In this document: positions 1-12,052 of the stretch, piece after piece
How positions within the stretch are numbered: the stretch's first letter is position 1
How the letters are laid out: every line of letters starts with the position of its first letter
Assembly (NCBI GenBank): GCA_034780895.1
Contig: JAUZTB010000017.1
Location: forward strand, 23,508,972-23,572,971
Direction of reading: 5' to 3'
Source of the DNA: Rhynchobatus australiae
Lineage: Eukaryota
DNA: 64,000 nt
Notes under the pieces: generated by a model
What the model was told of the DNA's origin: nothing
Seen by the model: the letters and a program-made list of their open reading frames with translations, nothing else
Database searches by the model: none
Made by a program: the position numbers and the translations under genes

Positions 1-115
1 GATCTCCACCTGAAACATCAATCGTCCATGTTTCTCCATAGATGCTGCCTGACATACTGATTTCCTCAAGCATCTGGTGTGTTGCAGATCCCAACGTCTA
101 CAGTCACTTGCTTCT
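1..115 (+). mobile_element. Penelope-like element (PLE) terminal-repeat fragment, cut by window start
   Basis: GAAACATCAAT...AGATGCTGCCTGAC...TTCCTCAAGCATC matches the terminal repeat present in many copies in this window. Confidence 0.7.
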
Positions 116-928
116 GGTGAAAGCTGACTTCCATTTATCTTTTATTCGACAACTCCCCCTCATCAACTCCTGCAAATCCCTGAGAGCAAGAGGAATGGGC
201 ATCACTATCATTTAGGATACTTAACATTTTAACTCCTTTAAATTTTCAACTTGAAATAAAACCACAGGTAAAATAAAACAAAACAATAGGAAAAATGTGT
301 TCAAAAAGGCCAAAAGAAACCCACAAACCAAAATCGAATGGAAAGATTAAAAAAAACCTCCCAAACCAGCATTATTCAGAAGTATGAAAAAAACGAGTGG
401 CAAGAACAACCTCAGATAACAGACAGGAAATTCCTTTCATTAACTACAGAAATGGGAGCTCACTGAGCCCATTTTTGAAAACTTGCAATGCTCCTATGTG
501 TTTCCTCTGGAAAATGTGAGTCAAGTAAATTTGATTATACTTGAAACCTGCCTTAACAGGTTTCTAGTAACATCAGACAAAGGCCTCAGCAATTTCAGTA
601 AAGCCTGATCATAATAAACTGTGACAAGATAGATGATGTTCCTATACATTCAGCTAGCATATCCACTCGCAAAATTGCCTCTTAAGTTGTTGCTCCCTTT
701 CAAAGGCTAAAGGACAAAGATTTAAAGTTCACACTGATGTTAGAAATTAACAAGCATGGAGGTCTGCAATCTATTTTGATGTATATGACTTTCAACACTA
801 CGTTTGGCTCAAATGTACATAACTCAATTAGTTCATTTACTCTTTATTGTCTGGATCATGAATTAAAAATCAGTGCAGTCGAATGTTTGGAAGTTCCCCA
901 CTTCCTCTGCTTGCAAGAATATCAATAT

Positions 929-1310
929 GAATCAGAATCAGATATATTATCACTGACTTACATGACGTGAAATTTGTTGTTTTTTGGCAGCAGTACAAAG
1001 ACATAAAATTACTATAAGTCACAAAAATATATAAATAGTACAAAAAAAAAGAATAATGAGGTGATGTTCATGCGTTCAATGGACTGTTCAGAAATCTGAT
1101 GGTGGAGCGGAAGAAGCTGTTTCTGAATCACTGAGTGTGGGCCTTCAAGCTCCTGTACTTCCTCCCTGGATGGTGAGGGTCCTTAGAGATGGATATCACC
1201 TTTTTGAAAATCAGTATCAGAATAAGATTTATCATCACTGACATTTGATGTGAAATTTGTTGTTTTGTGGAAGCAGTACAATGCACCGCCTTTTGAAGGT
1301 GTCCTCGATA
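929..1310 (-). mobile_element. Rex1/Babar-like LINE 3' end with a second short tail copy nested at about 1207-1283
   Basis: Minus strand reads FFRSTIRFLN-like ORF end and has a (TTCTGA)n tail; block ATCACTGAC..TGAAATTTGTTGTTTT..GCAGTACAA occurs twice. Confidence 0.6.
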
Positions 1311-1492
1311 TGAATTCAAGTGCAGCATTTCGTAAGTAAATTTCGGTTTCATGGCATTAATTGGGACAAAACTGTCAATTCCACTTAGTGTATGAAATGA
1401 ACAAAAATGAAACACGGAAGATATGGATGGCTGCTGTATGAAGAAAGAGCTGTCCTCCAGCAGTGCAGTGCTATCTTCTTGATGAAAATATT

Positions 1493-1931
1493 GATTGAAC
1501 TTTGCAGCCTAATGGCATGAACATTGAATTCTCCCACTTTAACCACACCACCCCCCCAACCAACCATGCCTCTTCTTTTCTTGCCTATCTTTTTTTTCTA
1601 ACCTTTTTACCTCCTTACCTTTGACCCATCCCCCAGTGGATCTGCTCTCCCCTCCTCCCCTGCACCTGCCCATCACTATCTCTCACCTGCATCTATCACC
1701 ACCTTGTGCCCACCCCACCTCCCCTCTTTTGTCCACCAATCACTGCTCTGCTTTTCCCTCCTATATATTGGACTTCCCCTTTCCCTATCTTCAGTCCTGA
1801 AGAAGGGTTCTGACCTGAAATATTGACTGCCTGCTTTTCTCCATGGATGCTGCCTGGCCTGCTGAGTTCTTCCAGCATTGTAGTGTTTTTTTAATCTAGA
1901 TATTCCAGCATCTGCAGTCCTTTGTTTTTCT
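1493..1931 (+). mobile_element. PLE 3' end: GIY-YIG ORF terminus, pyrimidine-rich UTR and terminal repeat
   Basis: TLQPNGMNIEFSHF at 1499-1540, followed by the family terminal repeat. Confidence 0.85.
1792..1829 (+). ncRNA. Minimal type-I hammerhead ribozyme motif (stem III decayed)
   Basis: CAGTC CTGAAGA AGGGTTCTGACCT GAAA TA TT GACTG; stem I CAGTC/GACTG perfect, CG changed to TA. Confidence 0.6.
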
Positions 1932-1980
1932 GAAACATTTATTTTGCTATCTTGAATTTTAACCTGCCCTTTTGATCAAG

Positions 1981-2120
1981 TGCGAAAGGCACCTGTTTTG
2001 GAACTGATACATTCCCTCTTGAAATGCACGGATCAGGTCTGAGGACCTAGTCAGTGGTGCCCTCTCTCTGCCTGAAATAAAAGTTTGAGATTGGTGAAGG
2101 ATTCTGTGCAAGTAGTGATG
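1981..2120 (+). other. Possible non-coding exon ending at a strong splice donor
   Basis: ATG|GTAAGT at 2118-2126 in unique sequence; acceptor at 1980 only moderate; no recognisable protein. Confidence 0.2.
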
Positions 2121-3954
2121 GTAAGTATCTTCTTTGAAATTTCATTTTTTTTTCCTCTTACATAAGAGAATGAAGGGGCATTTAAAGATGCCCCCCCAGG
2201 GATATGGTCTTTCTCCCCCTCCTGATATGTTGTTCATTCCAGCAGCAAATGATGATGTTGCTGAGAGGCACTGCTGTGGTAAAGGCAGCCAGAGGTTTTA
2301 ATTAAATGTGCTATTTTTCCTCAGACCCCCCCACACACACACTCTGGTAGGGTCAGTGCAGCAGTGGGAGGGGGTGGTAAAACAGGCAATTAGTGCTCTA
2401 ACACCCACTTACCACTAGCAACTAAAGAGAAATTACAGTCCCACTTCTCTAACTTTAGATAACTTGCTCTTTCTTTTCGTTTGTATATTAGACTGATCTA
2501 CCATTTCTTTTCCCCCATTTGTGCATTCAGGCCAGCTGGGTGTGTCCTTGTAGGCCAGACTATGCAATGGTACACAAACTATAGAATATTAGCAACACAT
2601 TAATAGAGGAAGGAGCTTAATTGCACCTTAATAGTCATTTTATGTTACCTTATTGGAGAAATTCCTTTTGTTGCACACATTGCCCTCCCCTACCTTCTCT
2701 GCTACCTGCACTAACTTTACTTTTCTCAGTTCAAATGTTTCTCTTTCTACAGATGCTGTCTTAGCTGCTGGGTATTTCTTGTACTTTCTGTTTTTATTTC
2801 AGATTTCCAGCATATACAGTTTTACAATTTGTGGAATAACAGTGACTGCATTTAAGCTCACTAATTGATTGTGAAATGTTTTTGGAATGCATTGATGTCA
2901 TGAAGAGTGCTTTATAAGCACTACTTCTTTTTCTCTTCCTTCATAGTTCAACTTGATCCAGAACGGTGATTGGTTGTTTCATTTGTGACTATTGCCTCAT
3001 CTTTTAGATGAGGTGTGTGGTGAACTTTGGTCATCAAGTTGCAAATGGGTGTGGCATTGCAGGGAAACCTTTAGTATTGCTTTAGTTTTCCGCATGACTA
3101 CATTGATTCCAGAAGCAAGCATGAAGGGGAATTAACTGAAATATGAATTATTTTGTTACTTTTCAAGTGACACCTGTAAATTTGAGCAGAAAACCTTTAA
3201 ATTGTAAGAGTTTGTTAAATCTGTGCTGAAAGATGCTGCTTAATGAAATCATATCATTAAGACTTAATACTTCAACTAATACTATCACCCCTTGTGAAGT
3301 CAGTCTTCAGTGAAAGCTCCCAGGATTTGCGATTGGTTTGGATTCTCTGATCTGAGTCATGGGACCACAATCCATAACTAAATAAATTACAGCTCCCAAG
3401 TACTTTGATTCATTACTTGAGGACTCATGCAGTTTATAAAAGTGGGAACCAGCTGTCTTAAAAACAGCCCAGCCCATTAACTCAACAAACCTGGTGGAAA
3501 ATTCAGACTTCATTGAACATAAGCGAGAAGCAGCAGAGCTGGGGGGAAACTGAGCTTGGCATTTAATTATATATCTTGTTTTAACTGAACCATAATTAGT
3601 TGGATGACTTTTTGGAATAACTAACTGAAGAATATCCTTAAGGATCCATTGAACAACACTATCTTAAGCAGTTTAAGAACAACAGATAATAAAACAAATG
3701 CAAGGGAAAATTCACTAAAATGATGCCACAGGGATGGGCTTGGATGGTAAATTGGCTGAGTAAACAGGAAAACATTTTTGTTCATTAATTAAGGTTTTCT
3801 CATTTTAATTCATGTTATTGATTAACAAGTAAATTCAAATAGACCAGAGGTAACAAGGCCAGCTTCTTGGGAACTTGTAGAGAAGAGACTTGCCCTGATG
3901 ATGATATTTACAAGAAATGTCTGATTCATAAGAGGACAAGGAGAAGGTGGGAAT

Positions 3955-4242
3955 AACATTACACATTAGTGCCAGTGACCCAGGCTCTATTCCAGCTGCT
4001 GTCTGTAAGGAGTTTGTATATTCTCCCCATGTCTGTGTGGGTTTCCTCTGGATGCTCGGGTTTCCTCTGGATGCTCAGGTTTCCTCCCACATTCCAAAGA
4101 CGTACAGGTTAGGAATTTGTGGGCATGCTATGTTTGTGCCAGAAATGTGGTGACACTTGTGGGCTGCCCCCAGAACACTTGATGCAAAAGCTGCATTTCA
4201 CTGTGTTTTGATGTACATGTGACTAATAAAGATATCCATCTT
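3955..4242 (+). mobile_element. V-SINE (HE1-like tRNA-derived SINE)
   Basis: V-domain TTCTCCCCATGTCTGTGTGGGTTTCCTCTGGATGCTC..GGTTTCCTCCCACATTCCAAAGACGT with an internal 19-bp tandem duplication; AATAAA tail. Confidence 0.8.
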
Positions 4243-4559
4243 AAAATGCAGTGCAAGTCTTATGGAAAAGATTAGAGATGCATATACAACTATTCAATAA
4301 TATATTAGAAAAAAATGTGGTGGCAGGCTCCCAGAAAGCTGACATTAAACAACATATAATAAAATAGATGGAATGTGTCTCAGGAAATCTTTCATCTTTG
4401 AAGCCTGTTCCAAACTCTTGCCTGGCTACATCTCTCCCTTGAACTACCTGAAGTTGAATCAATGTTCATATTTGACTCTGTTTAATCACTAGACTCTTTT
4501 CCAAGCCACTATGAATACAATTACACTACCTCTGTAACATTACCCGACTCCCCATCCCC

Positions 4560-4960
4560 ATCTCATCTGCTGCTAATACCTTCTTCCATCCATGTCCTAC
4601 TACTTTGTGGCTTCAATGTTCCAATGCACCCCATATTCTACTCTCCATAAACTTGGTCAAACAGTGTCTGGTTTTAAAATTTTCACCCTTGCTTTCAAAC
4701 CTTGTATGGTCTTAACGCAACCTATCTCTGTAATCTACTGCACTCTTATCCTCTAAGAAACTATGCCATTCTAATTCTAGGCATATGGATATCCATGAAT
4801 TTAATCTCTCCAACACTGATAGCCATGCCTTTAGATGCTATGGCACTGAATTAGGAATTCTCTTCCTAAAGTTCTTTGCATCTTTACTTCTCTGTCCTCC
4901 TTTCAGTCATAACCAAACTTTTGGTCATCCATCCTAAAATCTCAGTCTGAGGCTCACTGA
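4560..4960 (+). mobile_element. Degraded L2-type LINE 3' fragment
   Basis: FKIFTLAFK..YGLNATYLCNLL resembles the L2 ORF2 C-terminus. Confidence 0.55.
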
Positions 4961-4984
4961 CAATTTTTCACAGGTTCACACAAT

Positions 4985-5440
4985 CAGAGAATGGTTACAG
5001 TGCACAGCTCCATGTGAAAGTGATCAAGCTGGTCCCAAGCCCCACCGTCTCTCTATAGTCCTGCCATTTAATGTCTTTCCATTCAGATATGTCTCTGGGT
5101 CCCTGTTGAACACAACAATTGAATCTGTTTCCACAACCACCCTGGGTAGTATATTCCATGACCACTCACCAGATAAAAACATTTTCCTCATGTCACTTAT
5201 TGTCCTTTTGTCAATCAGCTTCATTCTATATCCCCTTGTTCTTGACTCTTTCACCAATCAGGACATGTTATCTTTATCCACTTCATCTCTTTCCTTCATG
5301 ATTTCAAATATGTCTCTTCGATCTCACAACCTCCTCTGTTTCAAGAAGAACAATCTTAGCGTTTCCCATCTATCCACATAACTCTAGCATCTCATCTCTG
5401 GAAACATGTTGGTAAATCTCTTCTATATCCTCTCTGTATA
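4985..5440 (-). mobile_element. CR1/HER1 LINE 3' fragment
   Basis: Minus strand ESRTRGYRMKL..WNILPRVVVETDSIVVF, the CR1 ORF2 C-terminus. Confidence 0.8.
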
Positions 5441-5459
5441 TTTTTGCTGAAGTGTAGGC

Positions 5460-5680
5460 AAGTTTTTCACACAGAGGTGAGTATATGAAATTAGCTGCCA
5501 GAGGAAGTGGTGAAGGCAGGTGCAATTGCAACATTTAAAATACATTTGGACAGGCTTATCAATAGGAAAGATTTAGAGGGATAGGTGCCAAATGCAGGCA
5601 AATGGGACTGATTCAGGTTGGCAGCATGGATGAGTTGGGCAAAAGAGCCTTTTTCTGTGCTGCATAACTCTATGACTCTA
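5460..5680 (+). mobile_element. CR1/HER1 LINE 3' end
   Basis: FFTQR..LPEEVVKAGAIATFKIHLDR followed by (CTATGACT)-type tail. Confidence 0.8.
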
Positions 5681-6539
5681 ACTGGACACCCACCTTCAGT
5701 AGTGGTCAAACCAATGTTTTGTGAAGGTTCATCATTGACTTCCTTACTCTTGTGCTCTGTGCACCTGTTTATAAAGCCCATGGTCCTATTTTTTAAATTA
5801 CTTTTTAAAATGGCTACTTGGTACTACTCCTGTGAGGTGCTTTGGAATATCCTGCTACATTAAAGATACTATATAACCATGAGGTCTTGAACATGTAACA
5901 TTAATTCTGTTTCTCTTTCTGCAGATGCTGCTTGACCTGCTCAGGGTTTCCAGCATTTTCTGTTTTTATTCTATACGAAGAGGAAATTGTTATTGTTCCT
6001 ATTCTTGGAATTATAGACAACTCCTCTGAAGAGATATGAGAAAGACCAGCCTAGAGTACATATAATAAAGGCTATATTTCCAAAAGACCTTTTGAAATAG
6101 TGCTACATTCAATTCTAATGAATAAAGTCAGAGTATATGGGGCTGGGGATAATTAGCAGAATAGTTGGAAGATGGAAAATGTTGGAACAAAGGGTAAAGT
6201 TTGAGAGGCATATAGGCTAGGAAGTGGGGCAACAGGAGGATCAAAGCTAAGAGCACTGTTGTTCACAACTTATCAATGATTTAGAATCTGATACAAGAAA
6301 TATAAATTCAACATTTGCATTTGAAACCAAAATGGGAGGGTTGGTGAAAATGAGGAGACCTGTTACAATTTGCATAATTGTGCAGGTGTGTAGGATTGTC
6401 CTATAGCAGGCAAATTTATTCCAACATGGACAAATGTGAGACATTTGTTTGATAAAAGGATCAAATTTTTCTTGTGAATTAAGAAGAAAAATGCAGTAGA
6501 AAAACAAGTAGCAATAGAAACACATATAATACAGACTGT

Positions 6540-7255
6540 TGCAATGCAGGTTAATATGACCATGATTAAAGCAAACAACACAGTATGATTTTTTTTAGAG
6601 GGACAGAAATGAACTGTATGCTTAACTTTGTCTTAAGCATTGATCAGGCCACATTTAGAGTACTGTGTACAGTCCTGGCTGCTACATTAGAAGAAAAAGC
6701 TATATAGGTACTGAAGAAGGTATTAAGAATATTTCCAATTATTTCAGAACTGCAAGGTTTTATCTTTTAGGATAAGATTTGCAGGCCAGTCTCATCTTTT
6801 GAAAAGAGAAAACTGGAAGGTTACTTAATACCTCTTTAAAATTGAGAAAGATTTTTGGACAAAGAGTATTNNNNNNNNNNNNNNNNNNNNNNNNNNNNNN
6901 NNNNNNNNNNNNNNNNNNNNNNNNNNNNNNNNNNNNNNNNNNNNNNNNNNNNNNNNNNNNNNNNNNNNNNGTATTTTCATTTGTGGGAAGAGCAAAGCTA
7001 GAGACTGTCAATCTAACATTGTCACCAAGAAAGCAAATCAATCGGAAGAAATAACTTTTCTCAGAGTGTGATGAAAATGCAAAGAGATGGAGGAGAATAG
7101 AAGGAATGGATTTAAAGGAAAGCTACCTACATATATAAAGGAAAAGAGAACAGAGATTAACTCTGATAAGAGCTGGATAGGGAAGGATGCTTAAGAGGAG
7201 CATAAATCCCAGTATGGATGGATTTGGCTGAATGACCTGGTTTTAGTGCTGTCTA
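6540..7255 (+). mobile_element. Degraded CR1 ORF2 3' fragment spanning a gap
   Basis: LIRPHLEYCVQSW motif near 6640-6680; CR1-type 3' UTR near 7200-7250. Confidence 0.7.
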
Positions 7256-7679
7256 TTTATTAATTCCATACTATTTCTCAAATTATTTTCCTCCTTCCTT
7301 TGATAATACCCACATCCCAACTGGAAATTCATATTCCTGTTTAGCTGCAATATTACCTTGGAAGCAAATTCACTGTAGGGTGGAGATGGAGGATGAAGGC
7401 AGTAAAATATAAACAGACATCCTGCATTTCCTCTCTGTTAACCTACACCTGAACCACAGCCACTCATTTTTGGGTGTTTAAACTTGTGCCTTTTAATTTC
7501 ATGGCTGACAACTATCATGCCTCCAATAATATCAATAGTTTTAAGTACACATATTATATTTGTGGTTGGATTCTTTCACATATTGATTTGGATGAAAATG
7601 TATTGGATGGATATATTTTCATTGGAAAATGCATGGTCTGCCTGCTGGACATTGTCACAAGTGACAACCACTGATATTT

Positions 7680-7990
7680 GAGTACAAAAATAGGAGGATA
7701 GGACAGATGAATGCATGATTAGAGAGATGGCTCAGGAAGGAGACTTTTAGATTTTTGCATTGTTGGGATTTGTTCTGGGGAAGGTGAAACATGTACAGAC
7801 CACACGTATTGCATCTCACAGACAGTGACCAATATCCGCACAGGTAGGTTTTGCTAGTGCTGTTCAAGTGGGTGTAAACTGGTTTGAAAAAGGAGATGGG
7901 AAGCTAAGGTAAGCAAAGCAAGGAGAAAATCAAATCTGAAAATGGAAGGCAGAAAGTTACTGCATAAGCATGAAAGGCACAGCAAACCAA
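7680..7990 (+). mobile_element. CR1 ORF1 (SGNH esterase) C-terminal remnant
   Basis: NRRIGQMNA*LERWLRKETFRFLHCWDLFWGR..LHL..TNI..GRFASAV resembles CR1 ORF1 esterase. Confidence 0.65.
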
Positions 7991-8001
7991 GAATAGAAAA
8001 G

Positions 8002-9245
8002 GAGACACAAGATTCTGCAGGTGCAGATTCTGGAGCAACACACCCAACGTCCTGGAGTTACTCAGGTCAGGTAGCATTAATGGAGGGAAATAAACAGTTG
8101 ACATTTCAGATTTAGACCCTTCAGGACTGGAAAGGAAGAGGGCAGAAGCCAGATAAGAAGGGAGGGGGAGGAGCACAGGCTGGCAGGTGATAGGTGAGTC
8201 CAGGTGAGAGGGGGAAGGCAGANNNNNNNNNNNNNNNNNNNNNNNNNNNNNNNNNNNNNNNNNNNNNNNNNNNNNNNNNNNNNNNNNNNNNNNNNNNNNN
8301 NNNNNNNNNNNNNNNNNNNNNNNNNNNNNNNNNNNNNNNNNNNNNNNNNNNNNNNNNNNNNNNNNNNNNNNNNNNNNNNNNNNNNNNNNNNNNNNNNNNN
8401 NNNNNNNNNNNNNNNNNNNNNNNNNNNNNNNNNNNNNNNNNNNNNNNNNNNNNNNNNNNNNNNNNNNNNNNNNNNNNNNNNNNNNNNNNNNNNNNNNNNN
8501 NNNNNNNNNNNNNNNNNNNNNNNNNNNNNNNNNNNNNNNNNNNNNNNNNNNNNNNNNNNNNNNNNNNNNNNNNNNNNNNNNNNNNNNNNNNNNNNNNNNN
8601 NNNNNNNNNNNNNNNNNNNNNNNNNNNNNNNNNNNNNNNNNNNNNNNNNNNNNNNNNNNNNNNNNNNNNNNNNNNNNNNNNNNNNNNNNNNNNNNNNNNN
8701 NNNNNNNNNNNNNNNNNNNNNNNNNNNNNNNNNNNNNNNNNNNNNNNNNNNNNNNNNNNNNNNNNNNNNNNNNNNNNNNNNNNNNNNNNNNNNNNNTAAA
8801 GGGGGGTAGAAAAAAGAGAGAGGCTAAGAAAGGGAAGCAAAGAAGAGGCATGGTAGGGAGTTGTGGGGGGAGGAGCGAAGGTGTGTGGGGATTACTTGAA
8901 GTGGAGAATTCAATGTTCATGCCATTAGGCTGCAAGGTTCCAAGATGGAAAATCAGGTGTTGTTCCTCCAGTTTGTGCTTGGCATTCTTCTGGCAGTGGA
9001 GGAGGCCGAGGACTGACATATCTTTGATAGTGTTGGGGCGGGGTTGAAATGACTGGTAATAGGGAGATGCAAATTGCTGTTACGGACAGAGTGCAGGTGT
9101 TCCACAAAATGGTCACCTAGTCTGCATTTGGGCTCACTTATGTAGAGGAGGTCACACTTGGAGCACCAAATGCAGTCGATGATATTAAGGGAGGTGCAGG
9201 TGAATCTGTCTCACCTGAAAGAACTGTTTGGGTCTCTGGAGGTGG
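8002..9245 (-). mobile_element. PLE 3' portion (GIY-YIG endonuclease remnant plus terminal repeat), gap inside
   Basis: FTCTSLNIIDCIWCSKCDLLYISE..GDHFVEHL..MSVLGLLHCQ..KLEEQHLIFHLGTLQPNGMNIEFS on minus strand. Confidence 0.9.
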
Positions 9246-9465
9246 GTCCAATACATCATTCTCTGCCACTTCTGCCATCTTGAATGGGACCCCACTCCCA
9301 AGCATACCTTCCCCTCCCCACCCCTTTCCCAGGGACCACTCTCTCTGTGGCTCCCTAGTTCACCACCACGCCCACCCCACCCCCCCCCATCCATCCCACT
9401 CCCACTCTGGGAACTTTCCACTGCCCCCACCATAGGTGCAACACCTGCCCCTACACCGCCTCCAT
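9246..9465 (+). mobile_element. Inverted upstream segment of the same PLE (RT-to-endonuclease linker)
   Basis: QYIILCHFCHLEWDPTPKHTFPSPPLS..GTFHC..RCNTCPYT on the opposite strand to the adjoining PLE. Confidence 0.75.
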
Positions 9466-9986
9466 CTTTCTGTTTGCTAGTTTCTTTCCTCTCTCCTTCT
9501 GGACTTAGTTTTAGAAAAAGAGCCTGGCCAGTGGAAGCAATAGCAATGGGAGAGCACGTTTGTGGTGGTAATCATAATCATGGAAGGCATAAAAAAACTG
9601 TCAGGTAAAATTAAAGAAAATTGCATCTTTATTTTACACATTAAAGAAAAGACAGACTATTATGGAAATAATATTAGGGATCAAAAAGATAATGTGTGTG
9701 TGGAGGCAGAGGATGTGGTTAAGAGATTTTAATGAATACTTTGCAGCTATCTTTACAAAAGAACTGAATTGGGTCTATGTTGTAGTTACTGAGGAATCGT
9801 GCGATGTAATGGATCGGCCAAGCATTTTAGAACAGAAAACTGGTATTAAGGGGCTATCAATCACCTACCATCTGTATCTCCCCCTCTCCTCTTTATACTG
9901 GCTAACTTTCCTCTCCACTCTGTCTTGATGGAGTATCTTGACCTGAAACACTTGTTCTCCCAAAATTAGTTTACCCTACTGTCCGC

Positions 9987-10290
9987 TGTAAGTAACACAG
10001 TGCCATGAGGTCAATTCGAACAAATACCTTTATTAGCAATGCACCGCTAGGAGAATTCTCTTCAGCACTAACTGAGAGTCACTTCTCAAGTACTCCTGGC
10101 ACAAAGGGCAGACAGATTTATACAGGCATTGTCGTGCACATCCCATGCATACGGCGCTGCAAGTTTTGGTCAAGCTATAGAGATCCCAAGACAACTATCG
10201 TACTTTTTGTCTTAGTATAATTGAGTTGTAATAAATGCAGGTATCGCCCTTCATTGTTTAGACCAAGCCTCCACCTCGATGTTACTTACA
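9987..10290 (-). mobile_element. Probable solo LTR, 304 bp
   Basis: Perfect 11-bp terminal inverted repeat TGTAAGTAACA...TGTTACTTACA; minus strand has TATAAA then AATAAA in LTR order; no clean TSD (CCGC vs CCCA). Confidence 0.7.
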
Positions 10291-10604
10291 CCCAGTATCG
10301 CTACCATCTGACAGATTGGGATGGCCCATTACCTGAAACAAAGGCAGTCAACGTACTTAACATTCCAATTTAACTAGTGGGTCAGCAGCTTGCTAGTCCT
10401 TGCTGGAGAAATATATCTGTTTTTTCTACTGGCTATAGGTATGGTTGCAATTCTTAACCCTTCACTTCCTCGCATTAACAATTCCTTCCCACCCACCCCC
10501 ACAGATGCTGCTCGACCTACTGAGTTTCTCTCTATCAGATTATTTGTTTCTCCAGATCTCCAGCATCTGCAGTCCCTTGTGCCTCCCTCTGACAATTATT
10601 TTCT

Positions 10605-11360
10605 CATCATCCCTGGTTACAGGATTGGCGACAGAGGATTAGAAGGCTGCTAGTTTTTTACCATTGTGAAGAAAGCAGCAAGGGATAAAGCAAATGGTTA
10701 CAGCCCAGTCACTGTAACTTTGGTCATGGGCAGGTTATTGGAAGCAGTTCTGAGGGATGAAACAATTCTTCATTTCAAAGTACAGATTCATCAAAGACGG
10801 TGTGGTTTTTAAGGGATGGGCATGTCTGATTAAATTAATTGAATTTTTTTTGAGGAGATAATGAGAGGGTTCACTGAAAGCAGTGTGTTTGATTTAATTT
10901 ACTGAGATTTCAGCAAGACTTTTGACAAGATCTCACACAGTGAGCTGGTCAAAAAAATAAAGGTGCATGGGATCCAAGGGAGAATGGCAAAGTGAAAGCA
11001 ATGTCACCTCAGTGGTGAGAAGCAAAGGGTAATGATTGACAGCAACACACACAAAATGCTGGAGGAACTCAGCAGGTGAGGCAGCATCTTTGGAGGGAAA
11101 TGAACAGTTGACATTTTAGGCCGAGACCCTTCGTCAGGACATCTCTTGTGTCTCCATTTTGCTGGCCCACTGTGAAGTCTCTTTGAGGTATGCCTGCCCT
11201 GAAGAAGTTTTCCTCCTCCCTCTCTTGTCTCTGTGTAATGATTGACAGGAGTTTTTATGATTGGCAGTTGTTAGCAATGGGTTCCTCTGGCACAGTCTCC
11301 TGCTTCAGATAATAATATCAATAATTTAACTGTAGGGGGCATGTAAAGAAGTTTGCAGGA
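10605..11360 (+). mobile_element. Degraded CR1 reverse-transcriptase fragment, interrupted at 11043-11234
   Basis: ANGYSPVTVTLVMGRLLE..DFSKTFDKISHSELVKKIKVHGIQG..KQRVMID. Confidence 0.8.
11043..11234. mobile_element. PLE-derived mini-insertion with perfect 14-bp TSD
   Basis: GTAATGATTGACAG at 11029-11042 and 11235-11248; antisense terminal-repeat piece joined to a sense piece. Confidence 0.85.
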
Positions 11361-11647
11361 GCTGTGATTCCAGAAGCAGGGCAAATGTTGGAAATGCTAT
11401 TGTTGACTTCATTGCCCAAGATCTGATAAAAGGTCCTAGACATGAACTATCACCTCTGTCCCTCTCTCTCTCTCTCAGATGTTGCTTGACTGCAGAATAC
11501 TTCCAGCATTTTCTGTTGTTTGCTCAGAAGGGAACAATGAGCCACTTTATTCCTTGACTGTTATTGACTTTTGAGTAGGCAGCAGAACCTTGCAGCGATG
11601 ACGGTCACAGTCCACTAGCAAACAGTTGACAGAAACAAAAGGGCGCT

Positions 11648-11800
11648 TAGAGTCAGTTATATAGCACAGAAACAGGCCCTTTGGTCCAACTCATCCATGC
11701 CAACCAAAGTGTCTAACTCAGCTAGTCCCATTTGCCTGTGTTTGGCCTATATCTTTCTAAACCTTTTCTATCCATGTACCTATCCAAATGTCTTTTAACT
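11648..11800 (-). mobile_element. CR1/HE1-type 3' tail
   Basis: AGCACAGAAACAGGCCCTTTGGTCCAAC..TAGTCCCATTTGCCTGTGTTTGGCCTATATC; same family at 40912. Confidence 0.75.
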
Positions 11801-12052
11801 TGGGTGAAGAATCAGTGGGGATGGAGGAAATTCAGTGTCCACATCAGAAGAAAAAAAAACTCTGGATACTGCTAAAATGCAAATGAAACCATTTCAGAAT
11901 TATTCACTTTATCAATGGCCCAAGATCCGACAGGGAATAGGAGGTGGAATGCTCATAGTCAGACAGTACAGAGCCAGGCCCTGGGCCCACTGAGTCTGCT
12001 TTTATCAAGTACACTTTTTTTTAAAACACTAATCCTAATCTAACCCATTCTT

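Noticed and set aside
1696-1878. Recurrent MLEELSRPGSIHGEKQ.. peptides suggesting a small-protein family
   Set aside because: Antisense translation of the PLE terminal repeat; stops and frameshifts vary freely between copies
7904-9019. 371-aa ORF and other long ORFs full of X (12189, 37786, 58199, 61429)
   Set aside because: Length comes from read-through of N gaps; the real residues are PLE fragments or random
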